Positions 27,496 through 36,259 of a stretch of DNA of 42,263 bases are shown here, piece after piece. Numbering within the stretch: the stretch's first letter is position 1; every line of letters begins with the position of its first letter. The translations under genes and the position numbers were made by a program. Origin of the DNA: a virus (lineage: Duplodnaviria; Caudoviricetes); the IMG/VR virus record IMGVR_UViG_3300048861_000248, positions 1-42,263 of that record, one strand, 5' to 3'. Under the pieces are notes generated by a model. The model was given only the letters and a program-made list of their open reading frames with translations. It ran no database searches and had not been told where the DNA came from.

Positions 27496-27884
27496 GACTC
27501 CGGCCCCAGGATCGCGTCAGCGAACCGGTGTGCATATGCGTTGATCGCTTTCTGCATGCCGTCCATCAATGGGGAAGTCCACGTGAGCCCATCAGCGTCC
27601 GATAACAGTTCTTCGATCGTGTCGAGCATGGCCGGGCTGCACGCGAGAACGATCAGAGCGGCGTCGGCAACCGATTGTTGCTCGTTGAAAAGTGTCATCG
27701 TGTAGGCGGTCAGGTGTCCCTCCATCGATCCCGGCTCACCTCCGCCGATGATGGGCACGCCTTGGTCCCCGACGTCGTGGTCGTACTACATAGCTACCCA
27801 CGGTCCCTCAGTCGCTGCCTTCCGCATCTCGCGCAACTTGTCGAGTGCCGCCTGCAACCGGACGGCGGGATCAGTGGCGGTCAT
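27492..27884 (-). pseudogene. Ead/Ea22-like protein interrupted by an in-frame TAG
   Basis: ATEGPW and ADAALIV...P motifs lie in one frame on either side of TAG at 27786-27788. Confidence 0.65.
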
Positions 27885-28000
27885 CGGGTCACCTCGCGAA
27901 CGCCGGGGCATTCCTCCCATGCCGTCCCCATCTCGGCGTACTCCACGCCCCACCGGTGACAGACGTGCGGTTCAGTGTTCGGGCATTTCTTCGGGGTCAT
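27881..28000 (-). CDS. 39-aa Cys/His protein
   Basis: MTPKKCPNTEPHVCHRW...CPG; coupled at both ends. Confidence 0.55.
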   Translation of the reverse strand: MTPKKCPNTEPHVCHRWGVEYAEMGTAWEECPGVREVTR

Positions 28001-28260
28001 TCCTTGCTCCCTTCGGGTACGGTCGCCTTCCAGCAGCAGCAGTATCGGGAGTCGCCACCGTTGCCGTACCTGTCCCCGCCGTGAAACTGTGCTCGACAGT
28101 CGGCGGCGTGCGGTGCGTCCGCGATGACGGCCCGCAGACGGTCTATCTCGTCGGCAGAATCGCGGATCATCCTGGTGGCATCGAGCATCCACTCGGTGTC
28201 AGAGCGCTCGTCGCTGTCCTCGTCGGCCAGCGCTCGCAACGCGTCGGTATCGGTCATCAC
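27997..28260 (-). CDS. Hypothetical protein (AADEIDRLR-type, C-terminal Cys)
   Basis: Coupled ORF; similar to 35808-36065. Confidence 0.6.
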   Translation of the reverse strand: MMTDTDALRALADEDSDERSDTEWMLDATRMIRDSADEIDRLRAVIADAPHAADCRAQFHGGDRYGNGGDSRYCCCWKATVPEGSKE

Positions 28261-28424
28261 TTCTCCTGTTTGGGCATGTCTTTGAGCACAAGATGTCTGC
28301 TCACGCGGTTGACGTAGCGGCCTCGATTATTGGGCGCAATACCGTCGAATTCGAGCAGCCAACGGTGCAGGAACGTGAACCGTTCGAGCCAGGCCCCAAA
28401 TCGTTCGCGTCTACGTGCTTTCAT
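28257..28424 (-). CDS. Hypothetical 55-aa protein
   Basis: MKARRRERFGAWLERF...; fills the gap, coupled to both neighbours. Confidence 0.5.
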   Translation of the reverse strand: MKARRRERFGAWLERFTFLHRWLLEFDGIAPNNRGRYVNRVSRHLVLKDMPKQEK

Positions 28425-28705
28425 CACTTATCACCTTTCATCGTCGTCAGAACATGTTCAGCGGCCGATAACCAGAAGTCGCGTACGGTCGCGTATTTGT
28501 CCCACCGTGTCCGTGTTGTCGGATACCAGAACTCGTAGAGGGCCGCTGCGATCTGGTTGGCGTCGGGGAGTTGTTGTTCGCGTGCATCCCATCCGGTGTC
28601 GAACGCGGATGAACGTGCCTCCAACTCGATCAGCGACCAACGTGGATGCGGTTCGGCGTAAGTAATCCATGCTTGCTCACGTGCGTCAGAACGGGGTTGA
28701 GTCAT
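28424..28705 (-). CDS. Hypothetical protein
   Basis: ORF with AFDTGWDA motif. Confidence 0.55.
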   Translation of the reverse strand: MTQPRSDAREQAWITYAEPHPRWSLIELEARSSAFDTGWDAREQQLPDANQIAAALYEFWYPTTRTRWDKYATVRDFWLSAAEHVLTTMKGDK

Positions 28706-29036
28706 CAGTTGCCCAAGCGTCCGTCTGCGGCTGAGACGATGAGTTCAAACGCGGCTGATTCGCGCGCACAACCTCAACCTCGTTCGCGTACACCACCAAA
28801 TCGAACCGTTTCTGACCCTGATACTCAGAAACGTTCGTCTTCTGCGAGCCGGTCACTTCAACCAGATCACCCTCAGACAAACCAGGATGACCCTTCGGCA
28901 GCCACACTTTATGGAACGTGCGAGCTGTCGTCTGCCACCGATCGTTCTCATCCTTGCGGCTGTGACCTTCCGCGACAGTCCACGGGCGGTTGCCTTCATG
29001 TTTCTCAACGAAGCCTCGGAATTTGATGTCGGCCAT
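28686..29036 (-). CDS. ssb: Single-stranded DNA-binding protein
   Basis: OB-fold (TFHKVW, GDLVEVTG); C-terminal DDSTPF. Confidence 0.85.
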   Translation of the reverse strand: MADIKFRGFVEKHEGNRPWTVAEGHSRKDENDRWQTTARTFHKVWLPKGHPGLSEGDLVEVTGSQKTNVSEYQGQKRFDLVVYANEVEVVRANQPRLNSSSQPQTDAWATDDSTPF

Positions 29037-29200
29037 TACGCTGCCTTTCTATCAAGGTAGGTCCGCATACGGTCCTCACGCACGAGGCGTCGTAGATATG
29101 CGGACACGGATTCGTTGTTCTCTGAAGCGAGCTTTCGAATGAGCGCACCTTCATGCTCATTGACTCGCAATGTGATGTGGTGCTGTCGCTCCTGGCTCAC
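29036..29200 (-). CDS. Ribbon-helix-helix DNA-binding protein
   Basis: ITLRVNEHE...SVSAYLRRLV. Confidence 0.7.
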   Translation of the reverse strand: MSQERQHHITLRVNEHEGALIRKLASENNESVSAYLRRLVREDRMRTYLDRKAA

Positions 29201-29658
29201 ATCAGCCACCCGTCGTCCGGCACCCACGTGTAGCCGCAGTGACCGCAGTAAGCGTTCGTCTGCATCACCCCGTCGTATTGGACGCCCGGGTTACTGCACT
29301 CCCAGCACTTGTCAGTGACGCCGACGACATTCGGAGCCCAGTCGTAGACGTAGTTGCTTTTCTGCTGATTGCAGGGAACGCATGTCGTCTTCAGGTTGTC
29401 GGAACGGTCAGCGATGACCAGATCCGCCTCCTGAAACGAAGAACGAGGTTGAACATGGTCAACCTCGCCTGTACCTTTCGGGACGTATGCGCCGCATATC
29501 CAACACTTGCCGCCGTCGCGTTCATGGATAAGATGCCATTTACGACCGGACATGCGTTCACGAGGTGCACGGTTCACGACAGGCAGCCGGTGCGGTGGTT
29601 CTTCCGGTTCGGCAAGAATCTCCGCGAGTGTCTTCACGATGAGTTCCACTAGTTCCAC
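29197..29658 (-). CDS. HNH endonuclease
   Basis: ERDGGKCWIC...EVDHVQP...NL...CVPCNQQK. Confidence 0.88.
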   Translation of the reverse strand: MELVELIVKTLAEILAEPEEPPHRLPVVNRAPRERMSGRKWHLIHERDGGKCWICGAYVPKGTGEVDHVQPRSSFQEADLVIADRSDNLKTTCVPCNQQKSNYVYDWAPNVVGVTDKCWECSNPGVQYDGVMQTNAYCGHCGYTWVPDDGWLM

Positions 29659-30878
29659 TCCACAGCTCGGGAAAATTCGCCCTGCCAGGCAAGGTGCACT
29701 TCCCCTGTTTCACCGTGGCGGTTCTTCGCCACGTCGATGATGAGTTCTTCTGACGCACCTTCGCCTTCGCGTCGGAGCAGGAAAACACAGTCGGCGTCCT
29801 GTTCGATCGCACCTGACTCACGGAGGTCCGACAGTTTTGGGATGTTGTCCGCACGGGACTCTGACTGCCGGTTGAGCTGCGACAGAGCGATCACTGGGAC
29901 ACGCATGTCTTTCGCGAGGATCTTGAGTTGCCTCGAGAACTCCGCGACTTGTAAGTGCCGGTCCTGCTTGGATCGCGATGTCATCAACTGCAAGTAGTCG
30001 ACGACGACACCAGCCAACTGGCCATGCCGGGAAACCGACCGGGCGAACGCACGCACATCTGAGGCGGAAATGTTCGATCGATCATCGATGGCGATGTTCA
30101 GCTCGTCGAGCTCGGACCTGCGACTGTGGAGCAGTCCCCAGTCGTAGTCGGTCATCCGGTTGTCTTTGATCTTCCCAACCATGATCGCGAGCCGTTCCGC
30201 GATGAGACGCGACACCAGTTCGTCTTCTGACATCTCAAGTGACGAGAACGCGACCACACCTTGCTGTGCGAGTTTCGCTGCGACCTGAGCTGCAACGACC
30301 GTCTTACCCATCCCTGGACGAGCTGCGACAACGTAGACGGCACCCGGACGGAAACCACCGATCGCTGCATCCAGGGTTGGCCATGGTGACGGCACGAACG
30401 TGGTCTTGTCGTTCATGCGGGCGATGACGTCGGGGAGGATGTCGCGGACGAAGCGCACCTTGGTCGACGGCGTTCCGCCCATCCGATCAAGGATTCCGCG
30501 CGCTTCGTCGAGCATGTCCGCTGCGGTCATGTCCGCCATGCCAATACCGCGGATGCCGTCCGTGGCTGCCATCAGCTTTCGCTTCATGCCATGTACGGCG
30601 ACGATCTCGGCGTATGACTGAACGGCGGTAGCAAACGGCGTGTGGTCGGTCAGGCTGAGGATTAGGACGTCATGCTTCGGCATCTGCTCAATCAGCGTGA
30701 TCGAGTCAACATGTTGGCCGGCTTCGTGCATGCGTCGCATCGTGTCGAAGATCTCGCCATGCACGTATTGCCTGAAGTCATCGCCGTGGATGGTGATGTC
30801 GTCAAGCGCTCTGCCGCCCGTTGCAATGACTGCTCCGAGAACAGCGAGCTCGGCTACATCTTCTTCTTCAGTCAGCAT
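29649..30878 (-). CDS. dnaB: DnaB-like replicative helicase
   Basis: ARPGMGKT, SLEM, VDYLQL, LSQLNR, DLRESGAIEQDAD, KNRHG. Confidence 0.95.
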   Translation of the reverse strand: MLTEEEDVAELAVLGAVIATGGRALDDITIHGDDFRQYVHGEIFDTMRRMHEAGQHVDSITLIEQMPKHDVLILSLTDHTPFATAVQSYAEIVAVHGMKRKLMAATDGIRGIGMADMTAADMLDEARGILDRMGGTPSTKVRFVRDILPDVIARMNDKTTFVPSPWPTLDAAIGGFRPGAVYVVAARPGMGKTVVAAQVAAKLAQQGVVAFSSLEMSEDELVSRLIAERLAIMVGKIKDNRMTDYDWGLLHSRRSELDELNIAIDDRSNISASDVRAFARSVSRHGQLAGVVVDYLQLMTSRSKQDRHLQVAEFSRQLKILAKDMRVPVIALSQLNRQSESRADNIPKLSDLRESGAIEQDADCVFLLRREGEGASEELIIDVAKNRHGETGEVHLAWQGEFSRAVEWN

Positions 30879-31584
30879 GAGCTTTGAACACCTTCTTATC
30901 GGCCTTGACATCTGGCTTCCACCCGCGATCCTCTGCTCTCTGCTGATCGTTGAGTAGCCAGTTACGCCAGGCACGCTCCCAGTCGCTCTTGACTGCTGTT
31001 CTGCCGGTTGTCGACTTCCAATGGTTGATGAACATTTGAGTCGCCCGCTTGCCGTCTATGGCTGGGGCTTCCCTCCGAGCCCAATCGACCATCTCCGGAC
31101 TGACGTTGAAGTCATCTGGGATGCGGTGGCCGCGTTTACGCGCCACATCTTCTTTAGAAGATGGGGTCGGGTCGGGTCGGGTCGGGTCGGGTATGGTGTG
31201 ACTCCGTTGTGACTCGGGTGTGACGGACGCGAATGTCCCATCGGAGTCACGGTGTGACTCGCGCCACTTTGCTTTGCGTTTCCGGTCGGACTCTCGCTTG
31301 GCAAGGATTTCTTCCCTCGATGGTTGGTAGTCCTGCCAGTCGTGGAACTGATACCCGGATTCTGTTCTCAACCACAGGCCACATGAGACGAGCGCCGATG
31401 CCTGCTCAGACGTGCCACCGAGCTCATCAACCTCATGGTCTTCAATGAGCCCATCTGTGAGGTTGTCTGCGCACCACGTTGCCGCCATGATCCACAGTCC
31501 CATCGCGGGCAAACGTTGCGCTCTCGGGATTCTGATGACCTTCCTAGTGGAATGCAGACCGTCGTCTACCTTCATCCAAGGCAT
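30868..31584 (-). CDS. Replication initiator protein
   Basis: WMKVDD...TDG...FHDWQDYQPS; PDPTRP linker; F..HW...DW..AWRNW. Confidence 0.85.
   Translation of the reverse strand: MPWMKVDDGLHSTRKVIRIPRAQRLPAMGLWIMAATWCADNLTDGLIEDHEVDELGGTSEQASALVSCGLWLRTESGYQFHDWQDYQPSREEILAKRESDRKRKAKWRESHRDSDGTFASVTPESQRSHTIPDPTRPDPTPSSKEDVARKRGHRIPDDFNVSPEMVDWARREAPAIDGKRATQMFINHWKSTTGRTAVKSDWERAWRNWLLNDQQRAEDRGWKPDVKADKKVFKAHAD
31146..31260. repeat. Iteron-like repeats, putative replication origin
   Basis: (T/G)TGTGACTC direct repeats plus inverted GAGTCAC; (GGGTC)n; catcttct/agaagatg palindrome. Confidence 0.6.
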
Positions 31585-31599
31585 TGGTCCTCCTTCCGG

Positions 31600-32823
31600 T
31601 CATGCGGCTGCCTCCGCGTCGATGTGTGCGAGTAGATGTCGCAGTGCGAGCGCTGCTTGCTGTGGTACGACGCCATTTCCGAGCGCCTTGAGTTGATCCG
31701 CGCGGCTGATCGGAGCATCGGTGACATGTCCTAGCGGCAGGCCCATCATCCATTCGACGAACTCTGGTGCGAGACGGTGTGAGCCGTTCCGTCCGTAAGG
31801 GTTCGTCGGTGCCGGAGCTAGTCGTCCAGTGACTCGCTCCCACCGTTCGACGGCGGGACGATACGGCCCCCAGTCCTGATTAGATCGTTGTCCACCAGCA
31901 CTTGCAGCGACGTCACCACTGACCATCCCGGCTTCTTCCGCAGATGATTCTCCGGAGTGTTCCCCGAGTCGTGCGCTGCGGGCGTCGGCAGCAGCATCCC
32001 GATGGAGGACATGCGTTCGCCGCGCTTCCCGTCTCTCTGATGTGTCGGCCCTCGTGCGCCGTCCGTCGCAGTCGGTGTGGGTAGCAAGCTCACGGCTGTC
32101 CGAAGGTCTGCCCCACCGCTCCCATGCGAACCCGGACCATTCATGTCCGTGGTTCTCGGTGTAGGCATCAGCACTTGGCCCTGTGGTCGGTGCTCGTCCG
32201 TGCGTTCCCCGCCGAGCAGGTACATCGTCTCCGTACCCGATGCTCCACGGCTGGCCCTGGGGGTAGGCAATGATGAAGACGCGGTATCGACCGTGCGGAG
32301 CTCCGGCGTCGGCAGCTCGTAGGCCACACCATTCCGCGTCATACCCGAGGTCGGCCAGGTCGCCGAGAACGGCTCCGAGTGCTCGGAGAGCAGGTCCATC
32401 GTGTCGCTCTCCCACACCCCACGGGCTGGATTCCATCTGCCTATCAGCCGTTGCACTGAGTAGTCCTCTCACGTTCTCGATGACAACGAGCTCTGGGCGG
32501 AGCGCGTCGATGGCCCGCGCGAAATCGGACCACAGGCCGGAGCGTGTGCCGTCCTTCATGCCGCTGCGTAGTCCCGCGAGTGACACGTCCTGGCACGGAA
32601 AGCCGCCCGTGAGGACATCGACCGGTTCGACATGCAACCAATCGACCGTGGTGACGTCGCCGTAGTTCGGTACTTCAGGCCAGTGGTGAGCGAGGATCCG
32701 CGACGGCGCGGAATCGAACTCGACGTGCCAGGAGACATTGCCGCCAATGACCGCTTGCACGCCCATTTCGAGTCCGCCGTACCCACTGAACAGCGAACCA
32801 ATGCGCAAGTCAGTCCGCTTCAT
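31600..32823 (-). CDS. DNA cytosine-5 methyltransferase
   Basis: LFSGYGG, GFPCQD, ENV, R.R.F, EWMMG and LGNGV motifs. Confidence 0.92.
   Translation of the reverse strand: MKRTDLRIGSLFSGYGGLEMGVQAVIGGNVSWHVEFDSAPSRILAHHWPEVPNYGDVTTVDWLHVEPVDVLTGGFPCQDVSLAGLRSGMKDGTRSGLWSDFARAIDALRPELVVIENVRGLLSATADRQMESSPWGVGERHDGPALRALGAVLGDLADLGYDAEWCGLRAADAGAPHGRYRVFIIAYPQGQPWSIGYGDDVPARRGTHGRAPTTGPSADAYTENHGHEWSGFAWERWGRPSDSRELATHTDCDGRRTRADTSERREARRTHVLHRDAAADARSARLGEHSGESSAEEAGMVSGDVAASAGGQRSNQDWGPYRPAVERWERVTGRLAPAPTNPYGRNGSHRLAPEFVEWMMGLPLGHVTDAPISRADQLKALGNGVVPQQAALALRHLLAHIDAEAAA
31818..32456 (-). CDS. Nested out-of-frame gene with repeated (L/M)PTP motifs inside the MTase
   Basis: GAGAGGA SD 7 nt before GTG; five PTP repeats. 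Confidence 0.6.
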   Translation of the reverse strand: MQRLIGRWNPARGVWESDTMDLLSEHSEPFSATWPTSGMTRNGVAYELPTPELRTVDTASSSLPTPRASRGASGTETMYLLGGERTDEHRPQGQVLMPTPRTTDMNGPGSHGSGGADLRTAVSLLPTPTATDGARGPTHQRDGKRGERMSSIGMLLPTPAAHDSGNTPENHLRKKPGWSVVTSLQVLVDNDLIRTGGRIVPPSNGGSESLDD

Positions 32824-32947
32824 CAGCAGTCTCGACCCAGTAAGATTCGAAGTCAGTTTTGCAATCCCCACACCACTGGTACCTGCCGTCAACCCAACGC
32901 GCATCCGTGGGATGCTGGCACTCGACCTGCTGGTTTTGCTTAATCAT
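32810..32947 (-). CDS. 45-aa Zn-ribbon protein
   Basis: MIKQNQQVECQH...WCGDCK; TAATG coupling. Confidence 0.55.
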   Translation of the reverse strand: MIKQNQQVECQHPTDARWVDGRYQWCGDCKTDFESYWVETADEAD

Positions 32948-33036
32948 TAGTCACCTTCGTGGTCTTCGCGTTCGTGTCGTTCTTTGTCTGCACGGTGGTC
33001 GAACAGGTAGCCGCATATGGCACATTTGAAGTTCAT
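32947..33036 (-). CDS. 29-aa C2H2 zinc-finger microprotein
   Basis: MNFKCAICGYLFDHRADKERHEREDHEGD; coupled at both ends. Confidence 0.6.
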   Translation of the reverse strand: MNFKCAICGYLFDHRADKERHEREDHEGD

Positions 33037-33398
33037 TCGTCATCCTCCACGTCGGTCCCCCATAGCAGCACCGCGAAGTCATGCAGCGTCATGGTGACGT
33101 ATTGCTCACCCATTGACCGTGACCCTTTGCCGGTGCGTTTGTGGACGACAACACCGGCTACAGCGTCCGCGTTACCTCGTTCTGTTTCCGCTTCGTCTAC
33201 CCATCCGGAGAGTTGCATGGTGCGGTGGTTTTTGATTTCCACTGCGACGGGTCCGAATGGGGAAAGGACGCCGCGTAGATCGCCGACGTCCTTTTTTCCG
33301 TGCAGGGTTTCGCGTCCCACATGACCGGGTGATTTCGATGCGAGGTAGATGGCTACCAGGGTTTCGAACGACGTCCCCTTGGCTTTACTGCGGCTCAT
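33033..33398 (-). CDS. Holliday junction resolvase, PD-(D/E)XK type
   Basis: KAKGTSFE...DVGD...VEIKN...EAETE. Confidence 0.8.
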   Translation of the reverse strand: MSRSKAKGTSFETLVAIYLASKSPGHVGRETLHGKKDVGDLRGVLSPFGPVAVEIKNHRTMQLSGWVDEAETERGNADAVAGVVVHKRTGKGSRSMGEQYVTMTLHDFAVLLWGTDVEDDE

Positions 33399-33544
33399 CC
33401 GGCAACACCACGTTTCTCTGCGTAGAGAACATCGAGCAGAGGCTCGATCGGCACCCATCCGTTACCGTCTTCGTCGTCGAAGCCGTGCTCATCAAGAACA
33501 CGTTCGATATTCGCGACGATCTGATACCAGTTGTCATCGTTCAT
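33395..33544 (-). CDS. Hypothetical 49-aa acidic protein
   Basis: MNDDNWYQIV...; ATGA-coupled at both ends. Confidence 0.55.
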   Translation of the reverse strand: MNDDNWYQIVANIERVLDEHGFDDEDGNGWVPIEPLLDVLYAEKRGVAG

Positions 33545-34101
33545 GCGTTCCCCTCCGCTTCCTTAGCCGCGTTGTACGCCTCACGAATCCGTTGCACGGT
33601 CGCATTGTCCGCACCGCCTGCACGTGCTGCGTGTCCGAGTGCGTTGATTGCCGACACGTCACCGGCTGCCTGTTTGAGATCCGTTAGCCAGTCGCGCTGT
33701 GCGGGCTTCTGCGGCTCTTGCAACGGCTGGACGGTGAACTGCTTCCGTTTGCCTCTTGATGCTGTCAGCGCGACGACGAGCGGCTTATCGATGTGGCTCA
33801 TGTGCGACACTTCGATTCCCCCGACGCGTTCCGAGCCGAACCGGATCTCGGGGTTGCGGAACAGCGTGACTCTGTGACCGACGTATGTGGATGCTTCAGG
33901 ACCCCAACCCGCGATGAGCACCCGTCTCATCGATTTCGAGGGACGCCATGTGCGGTCGGGAATCTCGGCCAGGTGCACGAACACGGGCTGTTCGGCGGAA
34001 CCCGCTTCGACGCCTGTGATCGTCACGGTCAGGGATGACGCAATCAGGTCATCCGCGTTGACTTGCGCGCTGTTCGGGATGATGGTCTGCGACAGGTCCA
34101 T
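33541..34101 (-). CDS. Phage protein, probable ssDNA-binding/annealing partner of the exonuclease
   Basis: NADDL...PSKSMRRVL..GWG...FG...GGI; synteny with the RecE-like gene. Confidence 0.55.
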   Translation of the reverse strand: MDLSQTIIPNSAQVNADDLIASSLTVTITGVEAGSAEQPVFVHLAEIPDRTWRPSKSMRRVLIAGWGPEASTYVGHRVTLFRNPEIRFGSERVGGIEVSHMSHIDKPLVVALTASRGKRKQFTVQPLQEPQKPAQRDWLTDLKQAAGDVSAINALGHAARAGGADNATVQRIREAYNAAKEAEGNA

Positions 34102-34104
34102 GAC

Positions 34105-34692
34105 TTACCTCACTTTCCGTTGGTCATTTACAGATGCAGGCATGTGCTCCCTGCGCCAGGCGACGATCTTCGACTCGGCTTCCTCGATGGTCGGGAATGG
34201 GCCGAACCGGAATATTTGGTCGCGAACGTAGGCGGCGCACATGTATCCGCCGCGTGCTTCATTCCAATAGACGCCACGAACGCCGGTCTTGCTATTGCTG
34301 TTCGCGCTCGACCGATTCTGGCCGTTCTTCTGGTGGTTGAGTAGCCTCAGATGATCTGGCCGGACGCAGCTTCGGTTGAAGCACATGTGATCGACTTCGG
34401 CCCGGTCTGGAATCAGGCCATTAGCCCACATGTAGGCGACGCGATGGGCGACCCAATTGCGGCTGTCAAGCCTGAAGATTCCGTACCCGTTCACCGCGGA
34501 GCCGCGCCAAACCCAGCAGTGACCGGTCTTATCGACCTTCGACCAAAAGCGCTGCGCGTCGGTTGCGTGAACATTGCGAACGGGCGGATCCATTGGTCGC
34601 CCTTTACGCTGGCGCGCGTAGTGAGCGTTGCAGAGCCCGAGCGCCTTACCGCGAGGCATATCGCAAGTGCCATAGCTGCACGTTTCCATCAT
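34105..34692 (-). CDS. HNH homing endonuclease with AP2-like C-terminus
   Basis: RFWSKVDK..CWVW, AHRVAY, VDHMC.NRSCV.P.HL, SKTGVRGVYW. Confidence 0.9.
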   Translation of the reverse strand: MMETCSYGTCDMPRGKALGLCNAHYARQRKGRPMDPPVRNVHATDAQRFWSKVDKTGHCWVWRGSAVNGYGIFRLDSRNWVAHRVAYMWANGLIPDRAEVDHMCFNRSCVRPDHLRLLNHQKNGQNRSSANSNSKTGVRGVYWNEARGGYMCAAYVRDQIFRFGPFPTIEEAESKIVAWRREHMPASVNDQRKVR

Positions 34693-35558
34693 CAGATCCT
34701 GATCTCCGCTGCGTCGGGCTCGTACTCATCCTCGAATTGGTACGTAAGCCAAGCGGGTGGGCTGAGTAGTTGAATGTCGTCGCCGTACCCAGGCCAGATG
34801 CCAGACGATGAGCATTCGGCGTAAACCTCGAGCGCGCGTTGAACTTTCGCGGCACCCATCTGTTGCCACGCCAGGTCCAGTTCGTGGACAGCGACGAGGT
34901 ATGGAGCGGCGGTTTCTACGACGATGAACCGGAACGGTCGTCGTTCGCCAAGTGCTCGCAGGTAGAACTCCTGCTGTACGTCGTATCCGTAGCTCGCGAC
35001 TGATCGCGTGAACCCGTCAGCGTTCGCGGGTTTGCTGCTCGTCTTGAGGTCGACGGCGATGTCTGCCAGGTAGTCGAACCGTGCACGCATCGGTACGCCT
35101 GTGTCAGCGTCGGTGACGAACACGGATGCTTCCGCGTGTCCGGCTTGCTCGAGCAGTTCACGTGCGGTCGGGTGTGCGAGTACCGCTTCCGCCATCCCAT
35201 TGACCGCTGCGGCTTGTTGTGGTGCGATGGGTACGAGTCCTGCAGCCCGTTGTTCCTCAGCCCATGCTGTCGTGGCCGCTTTCGTACTGACGGCTCCGGA
35301 CGGCGTCAGATGTTCATCGGGGTACGCAACAGTTCCGTTGCCGACGCCGAGGATTTTCGCGTGTGCTGCATGTCCGAGGTCGAATGCTTGCTTGCCGGGG
35401 AGCACATGGTCGCGGTCGTATTTGAACCGTGCTGGCGATTCGAGCAACCGTCTTGCACCGGTTGAGCTGAGTGCAGGGTGACGGTGATAGGTGTCCTCGG
35501 GAATGTTCAATTCGAGGCCGGACAGTTCGACCGTGTTCAACGCCATCTCGCTCGCCAT
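34692..35558 (-). CDS. RecE/ExoVIII-like PD-(D/E)XK exonuclease (DUF3799-like)
   Basis: YH..PALSST, G.A.H, RARFD, VDLKT, YDVQ..FY. Confidence 0.88.
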   Translation of the reverse strand: MASEMALNTVELSGLELNIPEDTYHRHPALSSTGARRLLESPARFKYDRDHVLPGKQAFDLGHAAHAKILGVGNGTVAYPDEHLTPSGAVSTKAATTAWAEEQRAAGLVPIAPQQAAAVNGMAEAVLAHPTARELLEQAGHAEASVFVTDADTGVPMRARFDYLADIAVDLKTSSKPANADGFTRSVASYGYDVQQEFYLRALGERRPFRFIVVETAAPYLVAVHELDLAWQQMGAAKVQRALEVYAECSSSGIWPGYGDDIQLLSPPAWLTYQFEDEYEPDAAEIRI

Positions 35559-35653
35559 TCCCCGTCGTCGACGATTGCTGCTGTTATGAAAACCGCGCTC
35601 GCTGCGATGAGGCAGCCGAGCGCGGTGAGTGCTAGTTCAAGCCAAAGAGTCAT
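35537..35653 (-). CDS. 38-aa single-TM peptide
   Basis: MTLWLELALTALGCLIAASAVFITAAIVDD...; coupled. Confidence 0.5.
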   Translation of the reverse strand: MTLWLELALTALGCLIAASAVFITAAIVDDGEWRARWR

Positions 35654-35811
35654 GTCAGATCGTCCTTGTCGTTTTGTATTTCAGCCTGGTCATGCTCACG
35701 ATGCCAGCGGCACCGCATGCATTCCTCTTCGTTGTTGAACGGTGGCTTGTACACGAATCGGCTCCCACACTTCGGGCACACCAATGAGTCTCCGAGCAAC
35801 GCTGCTTTCAT
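35650..35811 (-). CDS. Small Zn-ribbon protein
   Basis: CPKC...CMRC; ATGA coupling. Confidence 0.55.
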   Translation of the reverse strand: MKAALLGDSLVCPKCGSRFVYKPPFNNEEECMRCRWHREHDQAEIQNDKDDLT

Positions 35812-36065
35812 GTCAGGTCTGCCTTGTCGATTGGTAGTTCCGCTTTCCAACAGGTGCAACGTGAAGCCCGGTAATCGCTCAAGAAACACTTTTGGCAACC
35901 CGAATCGTGCGGTGATCCCCGCAGGACATCGATCAGCGATTCGAAACTTTCGAGCTGGTCGGCGGCATCACGGAGCGCGGCAATCGCTGTCGGTTTTGAC
36001 GACACCCCTTCATCGCCTCCGCTCTCAATCCAGTCCGCGAGTGTGCGGTACTCATCCGGCGTCAT
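35808..36065 (-). CDS. Hypothetical protein
   Basis: LRDAADQLE; H..GC...CTCWK. Confidence 0.6.
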   Translation of the reverse strand: MTPDEYRTLADWIESGGDEGVSSKPTAIAALRDAADQLESFESLIDVLRGSPHDSGCQKCFLSDYRASRCTCWKAELPIDKADLT

Positions 36066-36259
36066 GTCAACTCCACTTCCACGCCGCCGTCGATGGCGCG
36101 TATTTCTCCCGGTGATGTGATGTAGACGACGGGTCCAAATGTGAGTCCGGAGCCGACGTCAACGCTTTGCACGGTGAGGGATACATGTCCGTCGAATGGG
36201 TGCGTGTAGGTGAGTGTTTTCCCGGCAGCGTTCGCGGTCGTCAGTTTGTCAGCTCGCAT
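36062..36259 (-). CDS. Hypothetical protein
   Basis: GGAGG RBS; coupled. Confidence 0.6.
   Translation of the reverse strand: MRADKLTTANAAGKTLTYTHPFDGHVSLTVQSVDVGSGLTFGPVVYITSPGEIRAIDGGVEVELT

Noticed and set aside
31164-31191. (GGGTC)n as CRISPR or phase-variation tract
   Set aside because: Encodes the PDPTRP linker common in actinophage initiators; frame intact; no spacers or cas genes
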